IMG/VR virus record: IMGVR_UViG_3300027852_000039
Location: 11,761-75,760 of that record
Reading direction: 5' to 3' (one strand)
DNA length: 64,000 nt
Origin: a virus
The first letter of the stretch is position 1; the number at the start of each line of letters is the position of its first letter. A program made the position numbers and the translations under genes. Below are positions 34,653 to 43,877 of this stretch, piece after piece. The notes under the pieces are model-generated. The model saw only the letters and a list, made by a program, of their open reading frames with translations, did no database searches and had not been told where the DNA came from.

Positions 34653-35046
34653 GAAGAGCGCGGAGGAAGTCTTCATCAAGCTCCTGGCGCACGAGATGAA
34701 GGACACGTTTATGATGGATCTGTTCCAAGCACTTCAGTATCCCGACATGAAAGCGTCCAAGGGGAAAGGAAAGAAGGAGGAGGACGAAGACGCAAAAGCT
34801 CAGACCCCGGACAAGAACTTCCCCGCTGAGTTCTATCACATCCTGTCGCATGGGGTCGGAAGGAGACTCATAATCCCGAGGAAAAACACGATCGACTCGT
34901 TGATTTCAAAAGCGGAGATGTACGTGTTCATCCGGGACCAGAAGAACCCGGATGAGGCGTATCGCGCGGCGATGGCGAGATACAAGCTTTCCCGAGGAGA
35001 CATTGATCGGATCTTTAGGATGGTCCGGAGCATTGCGGAGAAATAG
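34627..35046 (+). CDS. Mor/C-like transcription activator
   Basis: GRRLIIPRK...MY...AMARYKLSRGDIDRIF. Confidence 0.5.
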   Translation: MSILIRPPEKSAEEVFIKLLAHEMKDTFMMDLFQALQYPDMKASKGKGKKEEDEDAKAQTPDKNFPAEFYHILSHGVGRRLIIPRKNTIDSLISKAEMYVFIRDQKNPDEAYRAAMARYKLSRGDIDRIFRMVRSIAEK

Positions 35047-35048
35047 AC

Positions 35049-35456
35049 ATGCCGATGTTAGATCTTCGACAGGTTCTCGCTCGCGTGAGCGAGGCACAGT
35101 TCAATCGGATCGAGCGCCTTATGTCGTTCGTGGAGGCGATCGAGAAGAAGGAGTTCGATCCGCTCATGGTCAAGAGTAACGGATACAAGGCGCACGAACT
35201 CGAACGAGGATACAAGATCGCATCGAAGGCGCTCGTCGATATTTGGAAGGCGACGTTGGCGCAACAAGTCTCCTCGATTTCGGAGGATGTCCCGGACGAT
35301 CTCGAAGCGCTGTACTACGAACTCTTGTCAATGTCCGAGAAAGATGTCGGTCGTCTTCAGGCGGCGGTCAAGCTCTTCCGGAGCGATGTGGACATCGAGC
35401 AATTCCTCGCGCTCGCGGAGAAGATCGAAGGAGGGAAGGATGGGAAAGAGCCTTGA
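35049..35456 (+). CDS. hypothetical helical protein
   Basis: ORF between regulators and TerL. Confidence 0.7.
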   Translation: MPMLDLRQVLARVSEAQFNRIERLMSFVEAIEKKEFDPLMVKSNGYKAHELERGYKIASKALVDIWKATLAQQVSSISEDVPDDLEALYYELLSMSEKDVGRLQAAVKLFRSDVDIEQFLALAEKIEGGKDGKEP

Positions 35457-35715
35457 CGAAAAGCTCCGCAACAAACCGAGGAAAGAGTACATAGCGTTCC
35501 TCTGTCCATTCCAGGAGATAGAGGACAGAATGAACTTTCATGCGGAACAAGGTTATTGGTATCTCGACGCGAAGGAGTCGCGGCAACCCTGGAGAGGAGG
35601 AAGCGAACCACAGTGGTTGATTATCATGAGGTATCGACCGAAGGAAGCAATGACTAAGCAAGGTGGGACGAAAACCAAACCCGTTATTCCCTACGGAGGA
35701 ACTCGTGAGCAATAG
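35440..35715 (+). CDS. DUF4177-like small protein
   Basis: EYI...IEDRMNFHAEQGYW; paralog of next gene. Confidence 0.6.
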   Translation: MGKSLDEKLRNKPRKEYIAFLCPFQEIEDRMNFHAEQGYWYLDAKESRQPWRGGSEPQWLIIMRYRPKEAMTKQGGTKTKPVIPYGGTREQ

Positions 35716-35956
35716 ACTGTACAACTACATCGCGAAGACGGTTCCGTTTGGAGGGCTTGAAGAGTTCCTGAATCATTTTGCTGAACATGGATACGTCCTC
35801 GTGAGCAATCATCCGGCGACGATCGATGTGTCTCATCGAGAAGCAGAAACCGAAGACGGGAAGGAAGGAGCTACCGGAACGCTCGTGTACGACAAGTTCA
35901 ATGTCGTCATGGCTCAGTACGTCGGACCGAGAGGTCCAGAAGTCCAGGGGAACTAA
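35705..35956 (+). CDS. DUF4177-like small protein
   Basis: NYI...LEEFLNHFAEHGYVLV. Confidence 0.6.
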   Translation: MSNRLYNYIAKTVPFGGLEEFLNHFAEHGYVLVSNHPATIDVSHREAETEDGKEGATGTLVYDKFNVVMAQYVGPRGPEVQGN

Positions 35957-35958
35957 TC

Positions 35959-37734
35959 TTGACGGACTCAATCCTCGAAGCACTTGACACCCTCCGAAGA
36001 ATCAAGTCTCCCAAAACAGCGAAACAGGTCCGCGAGATCGTTCCTATATCGGAGTGGCTTGAATCTCCGTACTACGTCGGGGAAGACGGTCTGAAGCTCT
36101 ACGACGTATGGAAGGACGAGCTTGCGAAGGTCTTCGACGAGGACAAGCCGAAATCCGAGTGGATCGTAACAGGATCCCTCGGGAGCGGGAAGTCGACGGC
36201 GGGGGAGTTCGCGGAAGTCCGGAAGGTCTACGAGCTTTCATGCTTTGAACCGATCCCGTATCTGTTCAATTTCATGAAATCGTCGACGATCATGTTCATC
36301 TATTTCTCGATCACTCTGGAGCAAGCTCAGAGAACGGGGTTCGGGGAGATCCGGAGAAGGGTTGACTCGATCCCGTACTTCACAAGGCGCTTCGGTAGAA
36401 ACCGAGACAAAGACAAAGCGCTCGAATTCAAGAACCTCTCGATCATCTACGGATCGGACGTCGGTCATCAAGTAGGAACCCATCTGATTAGCGCTCTACT
36501 GGACGAAGCGAACTTCATGGATCGGAAGTTCGATGCGATGAAAAAAAACTACTCAAAAGCTCAGGCGCTTTACAATAGCGTCCTGAACCGGAGACTGAAC
36601 CGCTTTGTGATTGACGGCGTCGATCATGGTCTGTCCGTTCTTGTGTCTTCAGCGGCAACGACGTCGAGCTTCACGGAAGAGCGCATCGAGGCGGCGAGGG
36701 ACAACTCGCGATCGCACGTCTCTGAAGTGACGGCGTTCAAGGTCAAGCGGAAAGAATACGACCTGAACGAGTTCCTCGTGTTCGTGGGGACGGAGCTTGT
36801 CGACCCGTGTCTGATCGACAACTATGGAGACTTGACCCGGACGTGCGAAGCGCTCGGGACCGAATGTCCGGAGCATGGATCCCTGAGACGGAGAGTCCGA
36901 AGGATCGAAGAGAAATACAGAGATCTCTTTCAATGGGTTCCCTCCGAACAGTTCCGGGACAGCTTCGAGAAGAACCTCCTCGATTCGATTCAAGACGTCC
37001 TCGGGATCTCGACGCGACCGCTCGGGAAACTCTTTCAGAGTCATTCGAAATACGCGAAGGTAATCGAGCTTGCGGACTATCTCGAAGCGAGACATCCGTT
37101 CACGAGCGAGGTCATCACGATCTCGACCGAGAACAACAAGATGATCCAGGACTTCATAATCGAGGAACGGATGGGTCCGAAGAACAAGGCGCGATGTATC
37201 CACGTCGATCAATCCAAGTCGAACGACTGGACGGGGATCGCAAGCGCATACGTGGACGGATACATCGACATTCAGGTCGGAGAGAAGAGTCAGAGGGTTG
37301 CGCTCGTCCGGGTTGAATTCGTGATCGTGATCGAACCTCCAAAGAAACCCGCAGAGATCCCGATCGAGCGAACACGTCTCTTCGTCAATTGGTTGAAAGA
37401 CAATAAGTACAGAGTCTCTCGTGTGACCTATGACGCATGGGGATCCGTGGAGTCGATTCAGATTCTTCAGCGTCAAGGGATCGCGGCGTCTCACTATTCC
37501 GTCGACAAGGACGACGAACCATACAAGCAACTCGTCACGATGATAAACCAGGGTCCGAGGATCCTCCTGTACGATCATCCGATTTTCAGGCGCGAGCTTT
37601 TCAACCTGGATCATGATCGGATGAAAGGGAAGGTCGACCATCCGGAGAAGGGATCCAAGGACGCAGCGGACGCGGTTTGTGGCGCGGTGAACAACGCTCT
37701 CCTCGCAATTCTCCCCGAACCGAGGATTCGGTAA
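35959..37734 (+). CDS. terminase large subunit
   Basis: Walker A GSLGSGKS, Walker B LLDEA, nuclease HVDQS...D, TYDAW, KVDHP..GSKDAADAV. Confidence 0.92.
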   Translation: MTDSILEALDTLRRIKSPKTAKQVREIVPISEWLESPYYVGEDGLKLYDVWKDELAKVFDEDKPKSEWIVTGSLGSGKSTAGEFAEVRKVYELSCFEPIPYLFNFMKSSTIMFIYFSITLEQAQRTGFGEIRRRVDSIPYFTRRFGRNRDKDKALEFKNLSIIYGSDVGHQVGTHLISALLDEANFMDRKFDAMKKNYSKAQALYNSVLNRRLNRFVIDGVDHGLSVLVSSAATTSSFTEERIEAARDNSRSHVSEVTAFKVKRKEYDLNEFLVFVGTELVDPCLIDNYGDLTRTCEALGTECPEHGSLRRRVRRIEEKYRDLFQWVPSEQFRDSFEKNLLDSIQDVLGISTRPLGKLFQSHSKYAKVIELADYLEARHPFTSEVITISTENNKMIQDFIIEERMGPKNKARCIHVDQSKSNDWTGIASAYVDGYIDIQVGEKSQRVALVRVEFVIVIEPPKKPAEIPIERTRLFVNWLKDNKYRVSRVTYDAWGSVESIQILQRQGIAASHYSVDKDDEPYKQLVTMINQGPRILLYDHPIFRRELFNLDHDRMKGKVDHPEKGSKDAADAVCGAVNNALLAILPEPRIR

Positions 37735-37816
37735 AGAATCCAAGGACTTGCCGAAGACATCTCTGAAACTCCCTGATCGCGCGCGCACTATATCTTGAAT
37801 AGGAGGCCCGTTTCCT

Positions 37817-39895
37817 ATGCAAGATATAGTGTCCGGTTCGAAGGCGCTCGCACCCTTCAATCCTGGAATCCCCCTGTCAAATTACCGAATCATCCCTCGA
37901 TCCCCTGTCGTCGCGGATCGTCTTCGGTCAGTCGCGAAAGCGCATAAGCTGACGGATCCAGGATGGGCGCAAGTGTTCGGGTCCGGGAAGTGGTCTATCT
38001 CGGAAGAGAACTTTTACAAACAACACCTTTGGGTCTACGCGTGCATAAATCGGATCTCGTCCAACGTCGGCGGCGTCCCCTACGAAGTGTACAAGGGGGA
38101 CACGGAAGTTCCGGTCGATGACGAGAAGGACGATTGCTTCCGACTCTTCCGAGATGTCAACCCGCACCTTTCCCGATACCAGCTATTCGAAGGAACTTCG
38201 ATCTTCCTCTATGGGTGGGGCGAAGCGTTTTGGGTTCTTGAGAAACTCGGGATGCCGACCGTCCAAGAGATTTGGATGTTCCGTCCGGATCACTTCAAGC
38301 ATGTCGTCAAAGACGGGAAGCTCATCGGATGGGTATACGACCGGGGAGTGAAACAGGTTCCGCTCGAACTCGACGAAGTGATTCATTTCCGACTGTTCAA
38401 TCCGTACGACGACATTCGCGGATTCAATCCGATGCAAGTCGCAAAGCTCACGGTCGAGACGGATTACTTCGCGCAAAAGTTCAACTGGAATTTCTTCAAA
38501 CAGGGTGCGACCCCTGGACTCTCTCTCACGACAGAGCAAGCACTCGACGACGATCAGTACGATCGCGTCATGGCGCAATGGGAACAGAAGTATTCCGGAC
38601 TGTCGAAGTCTCATTCGATCGCGATCCTCGATGGAGGACTCAAGTTCGACAAGATGCCGATCACGCAGAGGGACATGGACTTCGGAGGTCTTCGGAAGAT
38701 GGCGAGGGAGGAGGTCTGTGCAATCCTCGGAGTTCCTCCCGCTGAAGTCGGGATCCTCGAATACTCTCGCGCGTTCGCGAACACGAAGTCGCAAGACAAA
38801 GGGTTTTGGCAGAAGACCCTGATCCCTCGGATGCATTACTTCGAAGACATCCTGAACACGAATTTCTTTCCCGTCCATTTCCCGGAACATCAAGGGTACT
38901 TCGATCTGTCGGTTGTCGAAGCGCTTCAAGCGGATCTCCATGAGAAGGCGAAGACGGCGAAGACCTTTCATACGATGGGATATCCGATCAACGTTATCAA
39001 CGAGAGCATGGGTCTCGGGTTCCCGGAAATCAACGGGGGAGAGTTCGGATACCTTCCGCAAAACTACATCCCCGTTACGGCGGTGAAGGACGCGAAGAAG
39101 ACGGTCGACAAGGTGCGCGAGGAGATCGGAGAGAAGATCACGCGACGGATCGTTCGACCGAAAAGGAAGTACACGAAGGTCGGTTCTCTCAACACGCGGA
39201 AGATCGAAGCGATGAGAGTGCGGTACGCGGAAGAACTTCGCCTTGAGATCGAGAGCGCTAAGGAGCGGATCCGCGATCATCTGAAGGGTGTCTTCGGATA
39301 CGGAAAGAAGATGCGGACGAAAGGACCGAAACAGTACGCTCCCGAAGTCATCGAGGGAATCTTTTCCGATTGGGTCAAGGGATGGAAGGAGAAGGGTGCG
39401 GAGTACCTCAAGGAAGCGTTCGAGTTTGGTCTGTCTTCTGCAGAGGAACTCATGGGAGACTTGCTCACGAGCGAGACGTTCCGAGAGACGGTTCTCATTC
39501 AATTGACGTCGAAGAACGACGCGTTCGTCCAAAAGAGGATCGATTCAATCCTCGCACAACTCGCGAGCGAGCTTTCAGATATAGGATGGGAAGGCGAAGG
39601 GGCGGCGTCGGTCGCGGTTGATCTGTTGAACCGACACACCTTCCGCGCTGAAACCTTCGCGAATTTTGTTCTCTCTGTAGCGCACCATTCCTTCGTAGCG
39701 GAGGGGGCAGAGAGAAAGTATCAAGGCATCTGGCACACAACCGGAGACGGGAACGAGTGTCCCACTTGCGAGGGGATGCCTTCCGGAAATCCGTGGAAGC
39801 TCGGAGAGATGACGACGCTTCCGGGAGAGGACGTCATCTGTAACGGTCGGTGTCGATGCTATGTGGAGATCGTGAATCCAGAAGAAGGGGGTTAG
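37817..39895 (+). CDS. HK97-family portal protein fused to C-terminal MuF-like domain
   Basis: VYACINRIS, GEAFW, EVIHFR..NP, FFKQGATP, ILDGG, LGVPP; C-terminal W...D..CPTC...C.GRCRC. Confidence 0.95.
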   Translation: MQDIVSGSKALAPFNPGIPLSNYRIIPRSPVVADRLRSVAKAHKLTDPGWAQVFGSGKWSISEENFYKQHLWVYACINRISSNVGGVPYEVYKGDTEVPVDDEKDDCFRLFRDVNPHLSRYQLFEGTSIFLYGWGEAFWVLEKLGMPTVQEIWMFRPDHFKHVVKDGKLIGWVYDRGVKQVPLELDEVIHFRLFNPYDDIRGFNPMQVAKLTVETDYFAQKFNWNFFKQGATPGLSLTTEQALDDDQYDRVMAQWEQKYSGLSKSHSIAILDGGLKFDKMPITQRDMDFGGLRKMAREEVCAILGVPPAEVGILEYSRAFANTKSQDKGFWQKTLIPRMHYFEDILNTNFFPVHFPEHQGYFDLSVVEALQADLHEKAKTAKTFHTMGYPINVINESMGLGFPEINGGEFGYLPQNYIPVTAVKDAKKTVDKVREEIGEKITRRIVRPKRKYTKVGSLNTRKIEAMRVRYAEELRLEIESAKERIRDHLKGVFGYGKKMRTKGPKQYAPEVIEGIFSDWVKGWKEKGAEYLKEAFEFGLSSAEELMGDLLTSETFRETVLIQLTSKNDAFVQKRIDSILAQLASELSDIGWEGEGAASVAVDLLNRHTFRAETFANFVLSVAHHSFVAEGAERKYQGIWHTTGDGNECPTCEGMPSGNPWKLGEMTTLPGEDVICNGRCRCYVEIVNPEEGG

Positions 39896-39899
39896 GAGA

Positions 39900-41423
39900 A
39901 TGGACAAGAAGCAAGTCTTCGCTCACATCAAAGAAATGAAGGACAGGAAGTTCTTCGCTTATGCTTCGACACGATCTCTCGACCGGGACGGGGAGGTCAT
40001 CCTTCCCGAAGCGTTCAACAACATAATTGAGTTCATGAAGAACCCGGTTCTCTTGCAGATGCACGATTACCAGAAACCCTCTGCCGGAAAGATTTTGAAC
40101 CTCGACATCGATTCGAAGGGACTCCTTTTCGAGGGGGAGTTCGCTCCCACGGACGAAGGTCGAATGTTCAGGACCTTGTACGAAGAGGAATTCATGAACG
40201 CGTTCTCGATCGGGTTCATTCCGAACTCCTGGACCGAGATCGATCCGGAGAACAACGAGACGGTCTATCGTCTGACCACTCCGAACGGAGTCGTTGAGTT
40301 CAACCTTGACGACTACAAGAAAAGCGGGACGGTTTATCGCGTGTACACGGACGTCGAACTTCTCGAAGTATCGGTCGTTCCTGTCCCCGCTAACCCGGAC
40401 GCGCTTCAGCGGATGCACCAGCTTTCCGTAAAGCTCAAGGAGTGGGTCAACAAGCTGGACGTAAAGGGGAAGGACGCGAAGACCGGAGACACGGACGATC
40501 CGAACAAGGACAAGGAGCTTCCCGGACGTGAGATCGAAGTGGGGGACGTGGTTCAACTCGAAACCGAACACGGGTATTTCCTCACGGAAGAGCTTGAAGG
40601 ATTCAAGAGCTTCCGGCGAGTAGACGACGCGGAGGTCGTCGATCACAAGGGAGTCGACGCGATCCTCGGATTCGACGAGGAGAGGAAGGAGACGACCGTC
40701 TGTTACCTGTACAGCGCGGAAGCGTGGACGGAAGAGAAGGCGACCAAGGACGTCAACGCGCGCGAGGTCGAAGGACAGATCGGGAACTTCTACGCGGCGA
40801 AGGGAGAAGGAGAGTCCGAGGGGGGAGACGACAAGGAGGAAAGGAAGCGAGTCATCCCCTACAAGAAGTATCCGACCATCGATCGTTCGTGGGATGCTGG
40901 CGCGGCAAGGAAGCGCCTTGTCTCGTGGGCGGGAGGTCCGGAGAAGGAGGACATCGACTTCTCGAAATTCCGTCTCGGGTTCGGGTGGTACGACGAGTCG
41001 AAAGCGGATGCTGTGACGGCGTACAAGTATCCGCATCACGACGTCATTGACGGCGCGCTGAAGACGAACATTCGCGGTGTCGTCGCGGCGATGCAAGTCG
41101 TCAACGGTGCGCGAGGAGGGGACTCTCTCTCCGACGCGGATAGGAAGAAGCTGTACAACCATCTCGCGAAGCATTATCGAGACGCGGACATGGAACCTCC
41201 CGAGCTGAAGGAGTTCGATGATCCGGAACTCGACCCTGCTCTTGACGCTCTCTTCGAGGTCAAGCGAGAGGTCGCGGACCTTGCGAAGATGGTCAGTGAG
41301 ATCAAAGAGAAAATGGTCCCGAAGTCCGAAGGATCAGGAGATCCGTCTGAGGACACAAAGGACGCGGAAACGTGGGACGCAATCGCGAACGGAGTGAAAG
41401 AGATCTCTGAAGCGGTTCAGTAA
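39900..41423 (+). CDS. HK97-family prohead protease with extra C-terminal domains
   Basis: STRSLDRDGE, LQMHD, AFSIGF, LLEVSVVPVPANP. Confidence 0.93.
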   Translation: MDKKQVFAHIKEMKDRKFFAYASTRSLDRDGEVILPEAFNNIIEFMKNPVLLQMHDYQKPSAGKILNLDIDSKGLLFEGEFAPTDEGRMFRTLYEEEFMNAFSIGFIPNSWTEIDPENNETVYRLTTPNGVVEFNLDDYKKSGTVYRVYTDVELLEVSVVPVPANPDALQRMHQLSVKLKEWVNKLDVKGKDAKTGDTDDPNKDKELPGREIEVGDVVQLETEHGYFLTEELEGFKSFRRVDDAEVVDHKGVDAILGFDEERKETTVCYLYSAEAWTEEKATKDVNAREVEGQIGNFYAAKGEGESEGGDDKEERKRVIPYKKYPTIDRSWDAGAARKRLVSWAGGPEKEDIDFSKFRLGFGWYDESKADAVTAYKYPHHDVIDGALKTNIRGVVAAMQVVNGARGGDSLSDADRKKLYNHLAKHYRDADMEPPELKEFDDPELDPALDALFEVKREVADLAKMVSEIKEKMVPKSEGSGDPSEDTKDAETWDAIANGVKEISEAVQ

Positions 41424-41483
41424 CCCACGGCGGCGCGGATCGGGAAAGACGGTTTTCAACTCTGAAGGATGGAGGGAAGCGAA

Positions 41484-42620
41484 ATGGATGAGAAAGTACA
41501 GGAGGTTCTTCAGTCCTTGGAGGAACTGAAGGGACTCGCGGGGAAGATCACAACCCTGGAGGAAATGCACAAGGCGACGGACGCGATCGCACAGAAGGCG
41601 TACGGCGCGATCGAGAGTCTGAAAGCCGCGAGGAAGATCGGGATCACCGACTTTGACTCCGAAGGCGAGTCGAAGAAGTTCCTCGAATGGTTCATGCACG
41701 CGGCGAACGACTTCAAGTTCGTGGACCCGGAGAAGAAAGCAACGATGGTCGGAGACTCGGCGGCGAGCGGTGGATACCTCGTCCCGGAGGAGTTCCTTCC
41801 GACACTGATCCGGATCATCTACAAGTACGGGAAGTTCCGACAGGGTGCGACCGTGGTCCCCATGAACACGGACACGCTCAAGATCCCTTCCCTCGCTTCT
41901 GAGCTTACGGTTCAGTGGTTGTCCACTCAGGCGTCCTCAATGAACGAGGTCGCTCCGACGTTCTCCGAGGTCGAACTCGCCGTCAAGACGATGGCGTGTC
42001 TCGTCCCGGTCGCGAACGAACTCATGATGGACTCCATGATCGACGTCGCGAACCTTCTCGCGACCCTCATGGGCGAAGCGGTCGCGAAGGAGGAGGACAG
42101 GATCGGGTTCGCCGGGGACGTGACTGGAAACGGCGATCCATACAACGGGATCCTGAACGCGACAGGCGTGAACATCGTTACGCTCGGGACCGGAAGGACG
42201 AAGTTCGCTGATCTGACCGCTGACGATATCGCGGACATGATCGACGCAGCGGAGGACGACGACAACGCGGTGTTTGTCCTTCATCGTACGATCTTCAACG
42301 TGATCCGGAAGCTGAAGGATCAGAACGGGAATTACATCTATCAGTCTCCGGACGCGGGAGAACCCGGAACCATTTGGGGATACCCGTACGTTAAGTCGAA
42401 CGTCATGCCGAAGATCTCGCAGAGCGCCGCAGATACCTCGTATGTGATCTTCGGGAACCTTCGGTATGCGTACCTCGGGAACCGTCAACAGATGCAGATC
42501 GCTTCCTCCCCGCACGCGGGTTTCACGAAGAACGTCACGTACGTTCGAATGATTGAGAGGATCGCGATCGCTGTCGGTGCCGGGGATGCTTTCTCGGCTC
42601 TGAAGACTGCCGCGCAATAG
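41484..42620 (+). CDS. major capsid protein (HK97 fold)
   Basis: SGGYLVPEEF, PTFSEVEL, LKDQNGNYIY, TIWGYP, FGNL, ERI. Confidence 0.96.
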   Translation: MDEKVQEVLQSLEELKGLAGKITTLEEMHKATDAIAQKAYGAIESLKAARKIGITDFDSEGESKKFLEWFMHAANDFKFVDPEKKATMVGDSAASGGYLVPEEFLPTLIRIIYKYGKFRQGATVVPMNTDTLKIPSLASELTVQWLSTQASSMNEVAPTFSEVELAVKTMACLVPVANELMMDSMIDVANLLATLMGEAVAKEEDRIGFAGDVTGNGDPYNGILNATGVNIVTLGTGRTKFADLTADDIADMIDAAEDDDNAVFVLHRTIFNVIRKLKDQNGNYIYQSPDAGEPGTIWGYPYVKSNVMPKISQSAADTSYVIFGNLRYAYLGNRQQMQIASSPHAGFTKNVTYVRMIERIAIAVGAGDAFSALKTAAQ

Positions 42621-42662
42621 TCGACAGGCCTGGAGAGTGGTTGCTGAAGGAGGGGTCGGGTC

Positions 42663-42857
42663 GTGGAATCTATGGAGTGTGTTGTCAAGCGCCCGTTCTT
42701 TCATCGTCGGGTCGGCCGGCGACTGGAGAAGGACGAGCGGATTGACTTGACCCCTCACGAAGCGAAAGCAATCGGACCGAGGTTTATATCGATCACGACG
42801 AGAGGTCTGAAAGGACCGCATTCGCACAAGATGATCGAGAACGCTTCCAACAAGTAA
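42663..42857 (+). CDS. small capsid-associated protein
   Basis: Position after capsid gene; P..KMI C-terminus. Confidence 0.55.
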   Translation: MESMECVVKRPFFHRRVGRRLEKDERIDLTPHEAKAIGPRFISITTRGLKGPHSHKMIENASNK

Positions 42858-42878
42858 AAAAGAAAAGAGGAGGTTCTC

Positions 42879-43421
42879 ATGGGAACACAAGTCTTCGGTG
42901 ACAGCGTTTATGTGAACGTTGCTTCCGCAGTGATCGCGAGCGTTGTTGCCACGATTCCGGGTCGCGATGCGTCCGCGATCAACATCAACACGATCGACGT
43001 TACGGGAGACAACGCATCCCAAACCCTTGACGTCTACGTCGAGACGGGGCGCACGCGCGCGAGCATGGCAATGGCGGCGGGTCAGAGCGTCTGTTACGTC
43101 GGCGTGACGAGCGGGTTCGAAGCGGACGACAACGTGATCGTTCAGCACAAGAGCGGGAAGTATCAGAAGACAACCGTCCTGTCGGTCGGTACGACTTCGA
43201 TCACGCTCGGGGCGAACCTCACGAACGCGTTCGCGTACGACACCGATCGTCCGGATGAGATCATCGAGCTTGAGAAGAAAGCTCAACTCATCATCGGAGC
43301 GGGGACGTTGCAAAAGTACGGAGACAAGCAGCTTTGGATTCCGAGGGGATCCCCCGCGTACTTCGCCGTCTCGAACGGAACGACCGCTGCGATCAATGCG
43401 ATCGCGGGAGTTTACACGTAG
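42879..43421 (+). CDS. virion structural protein (beta-rich)
   Basis: Strong RBS; Thr/Val/Ala-rich. Confidence 0.7.
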   Translation: MGTQVFGDSVYVNVASAVIASVVATIPGRDASAININTIDVTGDNASQTLDVYVETGRTRASMAMAAGQSVCYVGVTSGFEADDNVIVQHKSGKYQKTTVLSVGTTSITLGANLTNAFAYDTDRPDEIIELEKKAQLIIGAGTLQKYGDKQLWIPRGSPAYFAVSNGTTAAINAIAGVYT

Positions 43422-43541
43422 AAGATCGGCGCGCAAGCGCTTACCTCACTCGGGGGTCCGCTTTGATGTGGGATCGAAACGGACCCCTTATCCCCCTTCT
43501 GGAAGTTAGCTCCTCAACCATGAACGCGAGGAGTCCGTTCG

Positions 43542-43877
43542 ATGTTAAAAGAGAACGCGAGTTACTTTCCGCTTCAAAGAAACGCCACGGCCCAGGGTAC
43601 GGATCAAACGGTTGACGCTGTCCCTGTTGCTTCGGCGTCCGGGTGCATCTGGACGTATCTCGCGGTCAGTGGAGGGAACCGACAACTCGGGAAGATGGAA
43701 GCTTCATGGAACTTAGATGGATCGACGATCAGCTATTCGCGAGAACGGATCGAGGACGTCGGGAATTGTGATGGACTCTCCTCGATGGATGTCGCGTTGA
43801 GCGGATCGGATATCGTCTTCCGGTCCTCGTCAAGTAACGAATGGACGATCTATTACAGAAGGAGTCGAATCGGATGA
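43542..43877 (+). CDS. virion structural protein
   Basis: Beta-rich composition, structural module. Confidence 0.65.
   Translation: MLKENASYFPLQRNATAQGTDQTVDAVPVASASGCIWTYLAVSGGNRQLGKMEASWNLDGSTISYSRERIEDVGNCDGLSSMDVALSGSDIVFRSSSSNEWTIYYRRSRIG

Noticed and set aside
16407-37764. AGACATCTCTG 11-mer in two intergenic regions (16407 and about 37754)
   Set aside because: Only two copies of an 11-mer; compatible with chance in 64 kb
17016-43436. Long minus-strand ORFs (17016-18806, 36649-37860, 38183-39532, 39834-41174, 41937-43436 and others)
   Set aside because: They shadow well-supported + strand genes and have no motifs; they are expected because TTA/CTA/TCA codons are rare on the sense strand
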